A stretch of DNA of 64,000 nucleotides from Candidatus Undinarchaeota archaeon. Lineage in GTDB: Archaea > SpSt-1190 > DYHY01 > CAZGQF01. The notes under the pieces were generated by a model, which worked only from the letters and a program-made list of their open reading frames with translations, made no database searches and was not told where the DNA came from. Below, one piece after another: positions 29,413 to 37,895 of this stretch; position 1 is the stretch's first letter, and each line of letters starts with the position of its first letter. The stretch lies in assembly GCA_964527545.1 (NCBI GenBank), contig CAZGQF010000001.1:148019-212018 (forward strand), given 5' to 3'. The position numbers and the translations under genes were made by a program.

Positions 29413-29865
29413 ATGGTGGAGAGGGAGCCCCATGACCTTGAAGGCTACGAGATAGAGGTCGACTGGGAGGCCCTTGAGAAGACTGAGTTGGAGATGGCTG
29501 AAGAGTGGGACAAAGAAGGCCTCGAGGGTGCTTACTTGGGTTTCGGAGAGAAGCGGAAGGGAAAGATAGGGTTCAATCTTTTCATCCCCTTCCCCGACGA
29601 TTGCTATTGCCGCAGGAGTGAACGATTCTTCTCGATAGACTATGAAAAACTGAATGAACTGTTCGAGGGATACAAAAAGGAGGGCTACTCCCACATAATG
29701 CTAGGCCATTTGGATCCCGTGACCCCCGAGCTGCTCGAGAGGGAGAAAAAGCCCTTGGAAGAGACAAAAGCCGATCTTTTTACCATCTCTGTTGTCTATA
29801 GACCGGACAAAAGGACTGTTTTTTCAATCAAGAACGGAAAGGCTAAGAACTATGCTTTTCACTAA
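29413..29865 (+). CDS. hypothetical protein
   Basis: 150 aa from the in-frame ATG at 29413. The longer ORF from 29212 has a GC-rich, low-complexity N-terminus that overlaps the upstream gene. Confidence 0.4.
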   Translation: MVEREPHDLEGYEIEVDWEALEKTELEMAEEWDKEGLEGAYLGFGEKRKGKIGFNLFIPFPDDCYCRRSERFFSIDYEKLNELFEGYKKEGYSHIMLGHLDPVTPELLEREKKPLEETKADLFTISVVYRPDKRTVFSIKNGKAKNYAFH

Positions 29866-29902
29866 TATATTGCCACCTATAAGTGGTAAAATATAAAAGG
29901 TT

Positions 29903-31009
29903 GTGTTGCTTCTCTCTATTATGGCAGAGGCAAAAAGGCATAGTCAAAGAAAAAATGAAACAATAGTCGACGCGGATGAGCTCTTCAGGCTCTACGACAT
30001 GGCTTCCGACAGCGAATTCATGGAGGACCTAAAAAGAAGGGACAGCGAGAGCCACAAAGCCCTAAAAACCATCAAGAAATTCGGCGACGAAGCCGCGGCC
30101 GGCAATAAAGAGAAAGAACTGGAACTTCTTCGGGAAGGAAAGGAGTTCTACGAGTTTGACGTGTCAGAGAGGATTAAGTTGATGCCGCTGATCAGGGCAA
30201 TGGAGAAAAGCTCGAAAGTCAAATACTCAAAGCCAGATGATGTTGGTTCCATCGACACCGAATCCGAACATTTCAAAAAACTCGACGAATTGTACGCGAA
30301 GAAACTCGGCCTGTCTGCGAAAGAGGCCGAAGCAAAGAAGCCCGAGCCAGGCGTCTCTGAGGAAATCGTAAAGAGGGGGGAGAGTTTGGGCATAGGTGGA
30401 AAAGAGAGAGAAAGACCTGAAGAGTACGACTTCGTGGAGCTTAAGAGAGCGAGTTTCAAGGGGACGCCTAAAGTTGTGGCCTACGTCGAGCTGACGGAGG
30501 GGGGCGCTGAAGTAATTGCCCCAGTCACATCATCGACTGCAAAGTCCTACACTGCCTTCGTGACAGAGAAGGGCGGCATCACGCCTGTTCCCGGCGCTAC
30601 AGAGAGTCAGAGAAAGGCGATGGAAAGGATAGCAGAGAGCTATTCTGAAAAGGGCGCCGTCGATTTTGGGGCGGTTCCCGTACTGCCCGCAGAGGTCGCT
30701 CCTACCGAAGAAGCTCCCCAGTACAAGGATCTGTCGAAACCTCCAACGGCGCCTGAGGGGTTCGTTCCTAAAAGTAAAATGAAAGGCCCGAAGAAAGTCG
30801 TTAAGAGCGATATCAAGGAGATGGTGAAAGACATCGGCGAGGACTTGGAGAAGTTCAGGGAGATGCCAGGCAGCTACTTTGGAAAGGAAAAGGGTTCTCA
30901 GGAGGACCTCTACAACCTCTTCAAAGGGATTGCTGAAGAGAGGCCAAAGGGCGAACTTTCCAAGGAGGGCAGAAAACTGAAAGAGGCGCTCTACTCTGAA
31001 AAGTCCTAG
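29903..31009 (+). CDS. hypothetical Lys/Glu-rich protein
   Basis: 368-aa ORF in an AT-richer segment. No recognisable domain. Confidence 0.4.
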   Translation: MLLLSIMAEAKRHSQRKNETIVDADELFRLYDMASDSEFMEDLKRRDSESHKALKTIKKFGDEAAAGNKEKELELLREGKEFYEFDVSERIKLMPLIRAMEKSSKVKYSKPDDVGSIDTESEHFKKLDELYAKKLGLSAKEAEAKKPEPGVSEEIVKRGESLGIGGKERERPEEYDFVELKRASFKGTPKVVAYVELTEGGAEVIAPVTSSTAKSYTAFVTEKGGITPVPGATESQRKAMERIAESYSEKGAVDFGAVPVLPAEVAPTEEAPQYKDLSKPPTAPEGFVPKSKMKGPKKVVKSDIKEMVKDIGEDLEKFREMPGSYFGKEKGSQEDLYNLFKGIAEERPKGELSKEGRKLKEALYSEKS

Positions 31010-32427
31010 GGCTTCAGCCGCCACTTGACGCCCTCGGGGGTGTCCTGCAGTTCAACCCCGAGCTCTGCGAGGTCTGAGCGTATACTGTCCGACTTCTCAA
31101 AAGTCTTCTCTTCCCTCGCCTCTTCCCTCAGTTCAACAAGCTTCTCAATGAGGCCTGAGACTAGCTCGCTGTCTGCCTTTCTCTTCTCGAAGAGGCCGAA
31201 GATCTCACCGGCCTTGGAGAAGAGCGAGCGGGCCATCTCAAGTGAGCGGCGGTCCGGCGAGGAGGAGTGGACGAGGCTGACAAGGTCGAAGAGCGAAGCG
31301 AAGGCGTTGGGGGTGTTGAAGTCGTCGTCCATGGCCTCCATGAAGCGGAGGTCGAGGGCGTCGATCTCTTCTCTCAAGTCGTCTTTTCCGCCTCCGGCAG
31401 AGAGCTTTTCTTCCATTGTACGGAGGCCCTCCATGAGGCGCCCGTAGGAGGCGGCAGCCTCCTCGAGGGAGCGCTCTGAGTAGTCGAGCGGCGAGCGGTA
31501 GTGGGAGGAGAGGACAAAGAAGCGGAGGACATCTGGGCTGTGTTCCCCGAGGGCGTTTTTGACGGTGACAAAGTTGCCGAGCGACTTGGACATCTTTCTC
31601 CCGTCGATGTTGAGGAGGCCTGTGTGGACCCAGTACTTCACGAAGGGCCTCTTGCCGGTGGCCGCCTCGCTCTGCGCTATCTCGTTCTCGTGATGCGGGA
31701 AGGAGAGCTCGACCGCCCCTCCGTGGACGTCTATCTGGCCGCCGAGGTATTTGGAGGACATCACTGAGCACTCTATGTGCCAGCCGGGAAAGCCGCTGCC
31801 CCAGGGCGACGGCCACTGCATCAAGTGGTCTTTGTCTGCCGACTTCCAGAGGGCGAAGTCGAGAGGGCTCTTCTTGTTCGGGTCGACCTTTACCCTGGCG
31901 CCGGAGAGGAGCTCGTCGGGGTTCTGGTTGCTCAGCTCTCCGTAGTGCTCCGCCTTGGAGACGTCGAAGTAGACTGAGCCGCCGCTCTCGTAGGCGAAGC
32001 CCTTCTCCATCAGAGTCTCCGTCATCTGGATCATCTCAATGATGTGGCCGGTGGCGCGGGGCGAGACGTTGGGCCGCCTCACGTTGAGGTCGTCCATGTC
32101 CCTGAAGTACTCGCGCATGTAGATCTCGACCAGCTCCATCGGCTTCAGCCTCTCGCGGCGCGCCCTCTTCAGTATCTTGTCCTCGCCGACGTCCGAGTCG
32201 CCTGTCAGGTGGCCGACGTCCGTGATGTTCTGGACGTAGAAGACTTCGTAGCCCAGGAACTCAAGATAGCGGCGCAGCATGTCGAAGAAGAGATAGGTCT
32301 TGGCGTGGCCGAGGTGGGCGTAGTCGTAGACTGTCGGCCCGCAGACGTAGAGATTGACTTTCCCCTCCTCCCTCGGCTCGAAGACCTCTTTCTTCCTTGA
32401 GAGCGTGTTGAAGAGCTTGAGCATCAA
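31006..32427 (-). CDS. cysS: cysteine--tRNA ligase (class I CysRS)
   Basis: HLGH (HIGH-type) and KMSKS motifs. CGPTVYD N-terminus. 473 aa. Confidence 0.9.
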   Translation of the reverse strand: MMLKLFNTLSRKKEVFEPREEGKVNLYVCGPTVYDYAHLGHAKTYLFFDMLRRYLEFLGYEVFYVQNITDVGHLTGDSDVGEDKILKRARRERLKPMELVEIYMREYFRDMDDLNVRRPNVSPRATGHIIEMIQMTETLMEKGFAYESGGSVYFDVSKAEHYGELSNQNPDELLSGARVKVDPNKKSPLDFALWKSADKDHLMQWPSPWGSGFPGWHIECSVMSSKYLGGQIDVHGGAVELSFPHHENEIAQSEAATGKRPFVKYWVHTGLLNIDGRKMSKSLGNFVTVKNALGEHSPDVLRFFVLSSHYRSPLDYSERSLEEAAASYGRLMEGLRTMEEKLSAGGGKDDLREEIDALDLRFMEAMDDDFNTPNAFASLFDLVSLVHSSSPDRRSLEMARSLFSKAGEIFGLFEKRKADSELVSGLIEKLVELREEAREEKTFEKSDSIRSDLAELGVELQDTPEGVKWRLKP

Positions 32428-32479
32428 AAAATCTACGCGGAGATGTTTAAAATTGTTGTCTGTTTGGAAAAAGAATAAA

Positions 32480-32620
32480 AATGGGTGGTTTTCCAGAGGG
32501 CTACCGGTTTCGATGTAGCCGCGAAAAATTCGCGGCGCCTGCGAGCCAAGCTCGCGCGGTGCGACGCATCGCCCGACCCTCCAGGGGATGAAGGTAAAGG
32601 TCGCTTTTTATTTTTCAGAG
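32480..32620 (+). ncRNA. candidate structured small RNA (function unknown)
   Basis: Consecutive perfect hairpins: GCTAC-N10-GTAGC, GCCGCGAA-AAA-TTCGCGGC, CGAGC-CAA-GCTCG. Followed by oligo-T (gctttttatttttc, about 32604-32616). Lies in a 425-nt divergent intergenic region. Confidence 0.2.
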
Positions 32621-32812
32621 GCGAAAGGAATTTAACCGCAGTGGAATGGGCCGTGCCGTGCCGAGGTGGCAGAACAGCTATGCGTCCGGCTGCAGACCGG
32701 AATAAATGGGTGCGACTCCCATCCTCGGCTCTTCTACTTTAGTGCGAAGCACATAAGCTCAGCGGACTGAAGAAGAAGCAACTTGGCGTAAACTCCCCCA
32801 CTGTTTGTTACT

Positions 32813-32822
32813 ATATAATAAG
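32813..32822 (+). promoter_or_regulatory. TATA box (tatataataa) about 36 nt upstream of the ATG at 32853
   Basis: Strong AT-rich box followed by a G-rich Shine-Dalgarno-like stretch. Confidence 0.3.
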
Positions 32823-32852
32823 TAATTTAAGGGGATAAGGGGGTGGGATGGC

Positions 32853-33695
32853 ATGGACTACTCAGGGAATTTCCCTTACTCCACGGAGAACCTCTTTTTG
32901 AACGGAAAAATCTTCCAAGATTCGGTCGATCCGAGAAAGTGGGAGAGGCTTGAGCAGGCAAAGAAGGAAATGAGGTTGGTTGAAAACGACGAGGATCTCT
33001 TTCTCTCCTCTCTTGGGAAGTTCGACAAATGTCTCAGAAAATCGGGGGTCTCCAAAGAGGGAAGGGAGACCTTGGGGGAGGAGATAAAGGCAAAGGGTCT
33101 GCTCTATGTCGGCAAGTTCGACTCGAAGTTTTCCAAGAGGGGCATATGTGTGACAAACGGCGGGGCGGAAATAGGGAAAGGGTTGGTTTTAGAGAAGAGC
33201 TTGGATGAAGCGTTCGTTTTCTCGAAAAGAGAGTCCAAGCGCGTGGTCTGCCACGAGTTTGCTCACGCAGCGAGGTACTTCGCCTTGGGGGAAGGCTATC
33301 CAGAGGCGAGGGAGTTCATTGAGGGTTTGGAGAGCGGGGAGTTCTATCTGCTGCCCCCTGAGCAGAGAATGTCGCTAAAAATCGAGGCTGGGCGGGCGCT
33401 TTATGAAAGCGGTGTCTTGTCGGAGGGGAACGATGAGGCGCTGGAGAGGTTCTATGAAAGTCCCTGCCTCAAGCTCTGCGTTGGATCGCTGGCGGGATTT
33501 ACGGCTAACGCCCTCGTGGGTCATTGGGCTGGTATGGTCTGCCTTGCGGTGGGGATGTTTGGTACAAGCTGGGTCTCATCGAGACTGAAGCGAGGCCGTT
33601 ACAGGAAGCAGTTGTCAAGGCGGCTGGAAGAGGTAGACTCGCTTGAGGAGGAGATGAAGGTCTTGGCAGGCTACCCCCTCTACCATCTCTGTTAG
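32853..33695 (+). CDS. putative membrane-anchored zinc metallopeptidase (HExxH)
   Basis: VVCHEFAHAARYF contains HEFAH. C-terminal TM helix. No wider family assignable by eye. Confidence 0.4.
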   Translation: MDYSGNFPYSTENLFLNGKIFQDSVDPRKWERLEQAKKEMRLVENDEDLFLSSLGKFDKCLRKSGVSKEGRETLGEEIKAKGLLYVGKFDSKFSKRGICVTNGGAEIGKGLVLEKSLDEAFVFSKRESKRVVCHEFAHAARYFALGEGYPEAREFIEGLESGEFYLLPPEQRMSLKIEAGRALYESGVLSEGNDEALERFYESPCLKLCVGSLAGFTANALVGHWAGMVCLAVGMFGTSWVSSRLKRGRYRKQLSRRLEEVDSLEEEMKVLAGYPLYHLC

Positions 33696-33981
33696 CTTAG
33701 ATTTTCGCTTCAGCTTTTTCCACCAAAGGATTTGGGACCCGTAAAGTCACGAAAAGATCCTTGCCCAATCTTTTCTTCTCAAAAAGGGTTCATATTTTGT
33801 CAACAATTTCTTGATCACAAAACCGTCGGCCTCTTTGCCCTCGCAATCCCACATCTGTTCGTCACATCCCAAATGGGAGAAGGCATAGTAGGCCTCCTGT
33901 ATTTCATCTTCCCCGTGGAGTTCGTGATTGTGCGCACCCTATATATTGTTTCGTAGTTGTACAACTGAGCAATACTGATGA

Positions 33982-34290
33982 ATGGCACTCGCCACAGGGA
34001 AAAGAATGTGGGTTTTTGCACTTGAGAGATTTGCCCATCCTCGGCTTCTTCGCTGTCATTTTTCTGGAAGGGAAGAAAAGATATATCAGGGCCGAAGTCG
34101 TGTCACTTCCATGGACGGGAGGAAGGCTGTGGAGTCAACCTTCAAAGCGCTCTTCGCTCTGACAGAGATCAGGTTCGTATTGCGCGGGTTGAGGCCGGGG
34201 TTCGAGCCGGGCAATGGGGAGAAAAAGAGGCTGAAGAAGCTGATTGCGAAGGCGAGAGAGGAGATCGACAAGCTGGAGGGGTCGATATGA
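33982..34290 (+). CDS. small hypothetical protein upstream of SepCysS
   Basis: ORF overlapping the SepCysS start by 4 nt. Basic coiled-coil-like C-terminus (KKRLKKLIAKAREEIDKLEG). Start uncertain; an alternative ATG at 34109 has a nearby TATA. Confidence 0.3.
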   Translation: MALATGKRMWVFALERFAHPRLLRCHFSGREEKIYQGRSRVTSMDGRKAVESTFKALFALTEIRFVLRGLRPGFEPGNGEKKRLKKLIAKAREEIDKLEGSI

Positions 34291-35462
34291 AGCTGGCAGA
34301 CGACATCGAGGCGAGGTGCAGGGAGGAGCTCTTCATCAACGTCAACCCGATACAGGCGGGGGGGCGGCTCACCGTGGAGGCGGCGAAGGCGCTGATAGCG
34401 TATGGCGACGGCTACTCTGTCTGCGACTGGTGCAGAAAGCCGTTCAGGCTCGACAAGATAGAGAAGCCGCCAATCAAAAAGTTCATGGAGGAACTGGCAG
34501 AATTCGTGGGGATGGACGTTGCCAGGGTGATGCCAGGCGCGAGGAGGGGGTTCCAGGCGGTGATGATGAGCCTGGTAGGAAAAGGCGACACTGTCCTTGT
34601 CAGCTCACTCGGCCACTACACACTCTACCTCGCCGTGGAGGAAACTGGGGGAGAGGTGGCGGAGGTGCCTGTCGACGAAAACAACGTAGTCACGGCGGAG
34701 GCGGTGGCAGAGAGGGTGGAGGAGGTGAAGAAGAGAACGGGGAAGCTGCCAGTCCTCATAGCGATCTCCCACTTCGACTACCAGTACGGGAACGAGCACG
34801 AGGCGAGGGGGATCGGGAAAGTGGCGAAAGAGTACGGTATACCGTTCCTCTACAACGGGGCCTACACTGTCGGCGTGATGCCGGTGGACGGGAAGAAGAC
34901 GGGGGCAGACTTCGTCGTCGGGTCTGGCCACAAGAGCATGGCCTCGCCGGCGCCGACAGGCGTCCTGGCCGCCACTGAGGAGATGGCAGAGAAAGTCTTC
35001 CGCACAACAAAGATGGAGGGCGATTTGACAGGGAGGAAGTTCGGCGTCAAGGAGGTGGAGCTGCTCGGCTGCACTGTGATGGGGGCGCCCCTCGTGGCGA
35101 TGATGGCCAGCTTCCCAGCGGTCAGGAAGAGAGTGGAGAGGTGGGAGAAGGAGGTGGAGAAAAGCAGGAGGTTCGTGGAGGGGATGATGAAGATAGAGGG
35201 GACAGAGTGCCTGAGCGAGAAACCGAGGAAGCACGCCTTCACAAAGTTCAAGACGGACGGCTTCTACAAAGCGGGAAAGAAGCACTCTGACAGGGGCTAC
35301 TTCCTCTACCACGCACTGAAAGAGAGGGGTGTAGTGGGGACCTTCCCGGGCGCGACGAAGAGCCTGAAGGTCAGCACCTACGGCCTTTCTGAAAAGGGAG
35401 TCGACTATCTGGTGAGAAGTTTTCAGGAGATTGCAGAAGAGAACGGGCTCGAGGTCACTTAG
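34287..35462 (+). CDS. pscS: O-phospho-L-seryl-tRNA:Cys-tRNA synthase (SepCysS)
   Basis: Close collinear similarity to methanogen SepCysS: NVNPIQAGGRLT, YSVCDWC, PLP-lysine region GSGHKSMASPAPTGVLA, MASFP. Confidence 0.85.
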   Translation: MKLADDIEARCREELFINVNPIQAGGRLTVEAAKALIAYGDGYSVCDWCRKPFRLDKIEKPPIKKFMEELAEFVGMDVARVMPGARRGFQAVMMSLVGKGDTVLVSSLGHYTLYLAVEETGGEVAEVPVDENNVVTAEAVAERVEEVKKRTGKLPVLIAISHFDYQYGNEHEARGIGKVAKEYGIPFLYNGAYTVGVMPVDGKKTGADFVVGSGHKSMASPAPTGVLAATEEMAEKVFRTTKMEGDLTGRKFGVKEVELLGCTVMGAPLVAMMASFPAVRKRVERWEKEVEKSRRFVEGMMKIEGTECLSEKPRKHAFTKFKTDGFYKAGKKHSDRGYFLYHALKERGVVGTFPGATKSLKVSTYGLSEKGVDYLVRSFQEIAEENGLEVT

Positions 35463-36975
35463 AGACGCGGATGCCCACGAATGTCGGCCCCTCCACGCGG
35501 AGCCTCTTCTGGCGCGAAGTTATGTAGTGGAGGGCGTGCTCGTCCAGGGAAAGGTTGACGTCGCCGAGCGATGAGACCATCTTCGCCCTGATCTCCGCCT
35601 CTCTCCCGCGCTCCGCCAGCCGTGCCGCCTTGGCGGCGAGGCCGCTGAGGAAGGTCTTGCCCGTGTCGACGCCCCTCTTCTCTTCCACCCCCAGGACGCT
35701 GCCGTCCTCGACGACGACGTGGTTGAGGGCGGCTGGGCCGAGGAGCTTCACTCCCTTTTCCGGCTCGAAGAGCTCGATCTTCACGCCGTTTTCCCAGGCA
35801 GTGAAGGCGCATGGGCTCGGGGCGTCCGCGTTCTTGAGGGCGCAGTCGATTATCGCTGCCATCATCCTCTCGCCCTCCTCCGTGTGCGGCGCCGACTCGT
35901 AGTGGACCGCCTCAGCTATCTCCCTGTCGGTCAGCTCCCAGGGACCGTAGAACTGGGGGTAGACCAGCTCGCGGATGTCTTCCTCGTCGTAAAGGATCAT
36001 GGCCAGCCTCTCCACGCCGAAGCCGTTGTTGAGGACTGGCCACTCTATGCCAAACTGGGCGAGGCTGGCAGGAGAGTAGATCCCGAAGTCTGAGACCTCC
36101 AGGAAGTCGCCTGTCGACGGGTGGCGGGCGAAGGCCTCGAAGTGCTTCCCCGGCGCGTAGTAGAAGTCGGTGCCGGTCTCCTTCCTCTCGTACTTGAAAT
36201 CGTCGAAGCCGAGGGGCTCGAGGATCTTCTCGACTATCTCCTTGCCCGTCTCTATGGAGACGTCCTCGTCCATGATGACGCTGGAGGCGGAGGAGTGGAC
36301 GCGGAGGTGGCTGGCGTCCTCTCTCTGCTCTCTCCTGTAGCGGAGGCCTATGGAGAAGAGGCGGATGGGGAGGGGGCGGCGGTTCTGGAGTGCGGCGAGC
36401 GTGTGGAACCAGCCCGCCGTCATGTGGCTCCTGAGGGTGAGGTCTGTCGGCTCAGGGAAGGGGTCCCTTATCTCAGGGAAGACTTGGGAGAGGGCCTTTA
36501 TGGAGAGCTCCTCGCTCACGCCGAGCGCCTGGCCTATCAGTCCTGGGAGGTCGTCGCCCTCCACCTCGCCGCGCTTGTAGTCCTGGAGGAGCGACCTCAG
36601 CTCTTCCCTCTTTCCGTCCATCCCTATTCCCAGCTCTTCGAGCTGGGCTATCTTGTCGTCGCCGAGGCCGACGTTGGGGCGGGGGAGGCCGGCCAGGAAG
36701 AAGCACCTGTCGAGGAGTGCGTAGCCTGCAGGGCCCCACTCCTTGATCACGTCGCTGGAGGGGATGATTGTGCGGTTCACTGCCTCGTCGAAGCCGAGCG
36801 AGAGGTGGGCGTCCCTCAGCTTCTCCACCAGGTCGTTGAGGGGGTGTGGACTGCCCTTCCCCCCGAGAGGGGAGGGGGTGGGCGGGCGGTTGTCCACGAA
36901 CCTCGCCCCCGCCTTCCAGGCCTCGGAGAAGTCTTTCTTGGAGAGCGACTTCAGGTCTTCGACAGGTATCTTCAT
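35455..36975 (-). CDS. sepS: O-phosphoserine--tRNA(Cys) ligase (SepRS)
   Basis: From ATG 36975 (MKIPVEDLK...): PheRS-alpha-like class II core. AVLDRCFFLAGLPRPNVGLG, LRSHMTAGWF, FGIEWPVLNNGFGVERLAMIL (motif 3). Matches M. jannaschii SepRS. The upstream 202 codons of the long ORF are a GC artefact overlapping nfo. Confidence 0.85.
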   Translation of the reverse strand: MKIPVEDLKSLSKKDFSEAWKAGARFVDNRPPTPSPLGGKGSPHPLNDLVEKLRDAHLSLGFDEAVNRTIIPSSDVIKEWGPAGYALLDRCFFLAGLPRPNVGLGDDKIAQLEELGIGMDGKREELRSLLQDYKRGEVEGDDLPGLIGQALGVSEELSIKALSQVFPEIRDPFPEPTDLTLRSHMTAGWFHTLAALQNRRPLPIRLFSIGLRYRREQREDASHLRVHSSASSVIMDEDVSIETGKEIVEKILEPLGFDDFKYERKETGTDFYYAPGKHFEAFARHPSTGDFLEVSDFGIYSPASLAQFGIEWPVLNNGFGVERLAMILYDEEDIRELVYPQFYGPWELTDREIAEAVHYESAPHTEEGERMMAAIIDCALKNADAPSPCAFTAWENGVKIELFEPEKGVKLLGPAALNHVVVEDGSVLGVEEKRGVDTGKTFLSGLAAKAARLAERGREAEIRAKMVSSLGDVNLSLDEHALHYITSRQKRLRVEGPTFVGIRVSK

Positions 36976-37026
36976 CGCCGTGGGGGGCGGGAGGCCACTA
37001 AAAGGTTTGCGCAGGGGGAGGCTTAT

Positions 37027-37890
37027 ATGGCAGCGGAGAGGGGAGGGGCCATGCTGGTGGGAGCGCACGAGTCGATAGCTGGCGGCGTCTGGAAGGCGCT
37101 GGAGAGGGGAGAAAAGGACGGCTGCGAGGTGGTACAGATCTTCAACAAGAACCCGCGCGGGTGGAAGGCGAGCGAGCTGAGCGGGGAGGACGTTGAGAAA
37201 TTCAAGGAGGCGAGAGAGAAGACGGGGATGGAGAAGGTGGTCTCCCACCTCTCCTACCTGCCCAACCTCGCCACCTCGAAGAAGGGTGTCAGGGAGAAGT
37301 CGATCAAGGACTTCATACTGGAGATGAAGAGGTGCGAGAAGCTCGGGCTCGACCAGCTTATCTTCCATCCAGGCCATCCAGAGTCGATGGAGGAGGGGAT
37401 AGGGCTGGTGGCCCAGGCGATAGACGAGATGCACGAAGAGACGAAAGGGAAGGTGAAGACTGTGATAGAGATATCGGCAGGCCAGGGGACTGACGTCGGC
37501 GAGTCGTTCGAGAACATCGCTGCCATAATCGACAGGGTCGGAAAGAAGAAGAGGGTGGGCGTCTGCTTCGACACCTGCCACGCCTTCGTGGCCGGCTACG
37601 ACATCAGGACTGAGAAGGCGCAGGAGAAGACATTCGACTCCTTCGAAGAGACTATAGGGCTAGAGAGGCTGGTCTCTTTTCATTTGAACGACGCAAAAGA
37701 GAAACTCGGGTCGAAAGTCGACAGGCACGACCACGTCGGCGAGGGGAGGATTGGGAGAGAGGCGTTCAGGCTTTTGATGAAAGACAAGAGGTTCGAGAAG
37801 ACGCCCGGCTTCCTCGAGACTCCGCCCTACGAGGACGGCAGCTCTTCGTACCCTAAGGGGCTCGAGCTCCTGAAGAGCTTCAGAAAGTGA
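37027..37890 (+). CDS. nfo: endonuclease IV (AP endonuclease, TIM-barrel)
   Basis: From ATG 37027: HLSYLPNLAT, IFHPGH, CFDTCHAF, HLNDAK. Conserved Nfo metal-ligand motifs. Confidence 0.8.
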   Translation: MAAERGGAMLVGAHESIAGGVWKALERGEKDGCEVVQIFNKNPRGWKASELSGEDVEKFKEAREKTGMEKVVSHLSYLPNLATSKKGVREKSIKDFILEMKRCEKLGLDQLIFHPGHPESMEEGIGLVAQAIDEMHEETKGKVKTVIEISAGQGTDVGESFENIAAIIDRVGKKKRVGVCFDTCHAFVAGYDIRTEKAQEKTFDSFEETIGLERLVSFHLNDAKEKLGSKVDRHDHVGEGRIGREAFRLLMKDKRFEKTPGFLETPPYEDGSSSYPKGLELLKSFRK

Positions 37891-37895
37891 GGTCT

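Noticed and set aside
35455-37581. 708-aa version of the SepRS ORF, and the 589-aa ORF 36121-37890.
   Set aside because: Homology to SepRS begins at Met203 (36975) and to Nfo at 37027. The extensions are mutually antisense, GC-rich and unalignable.
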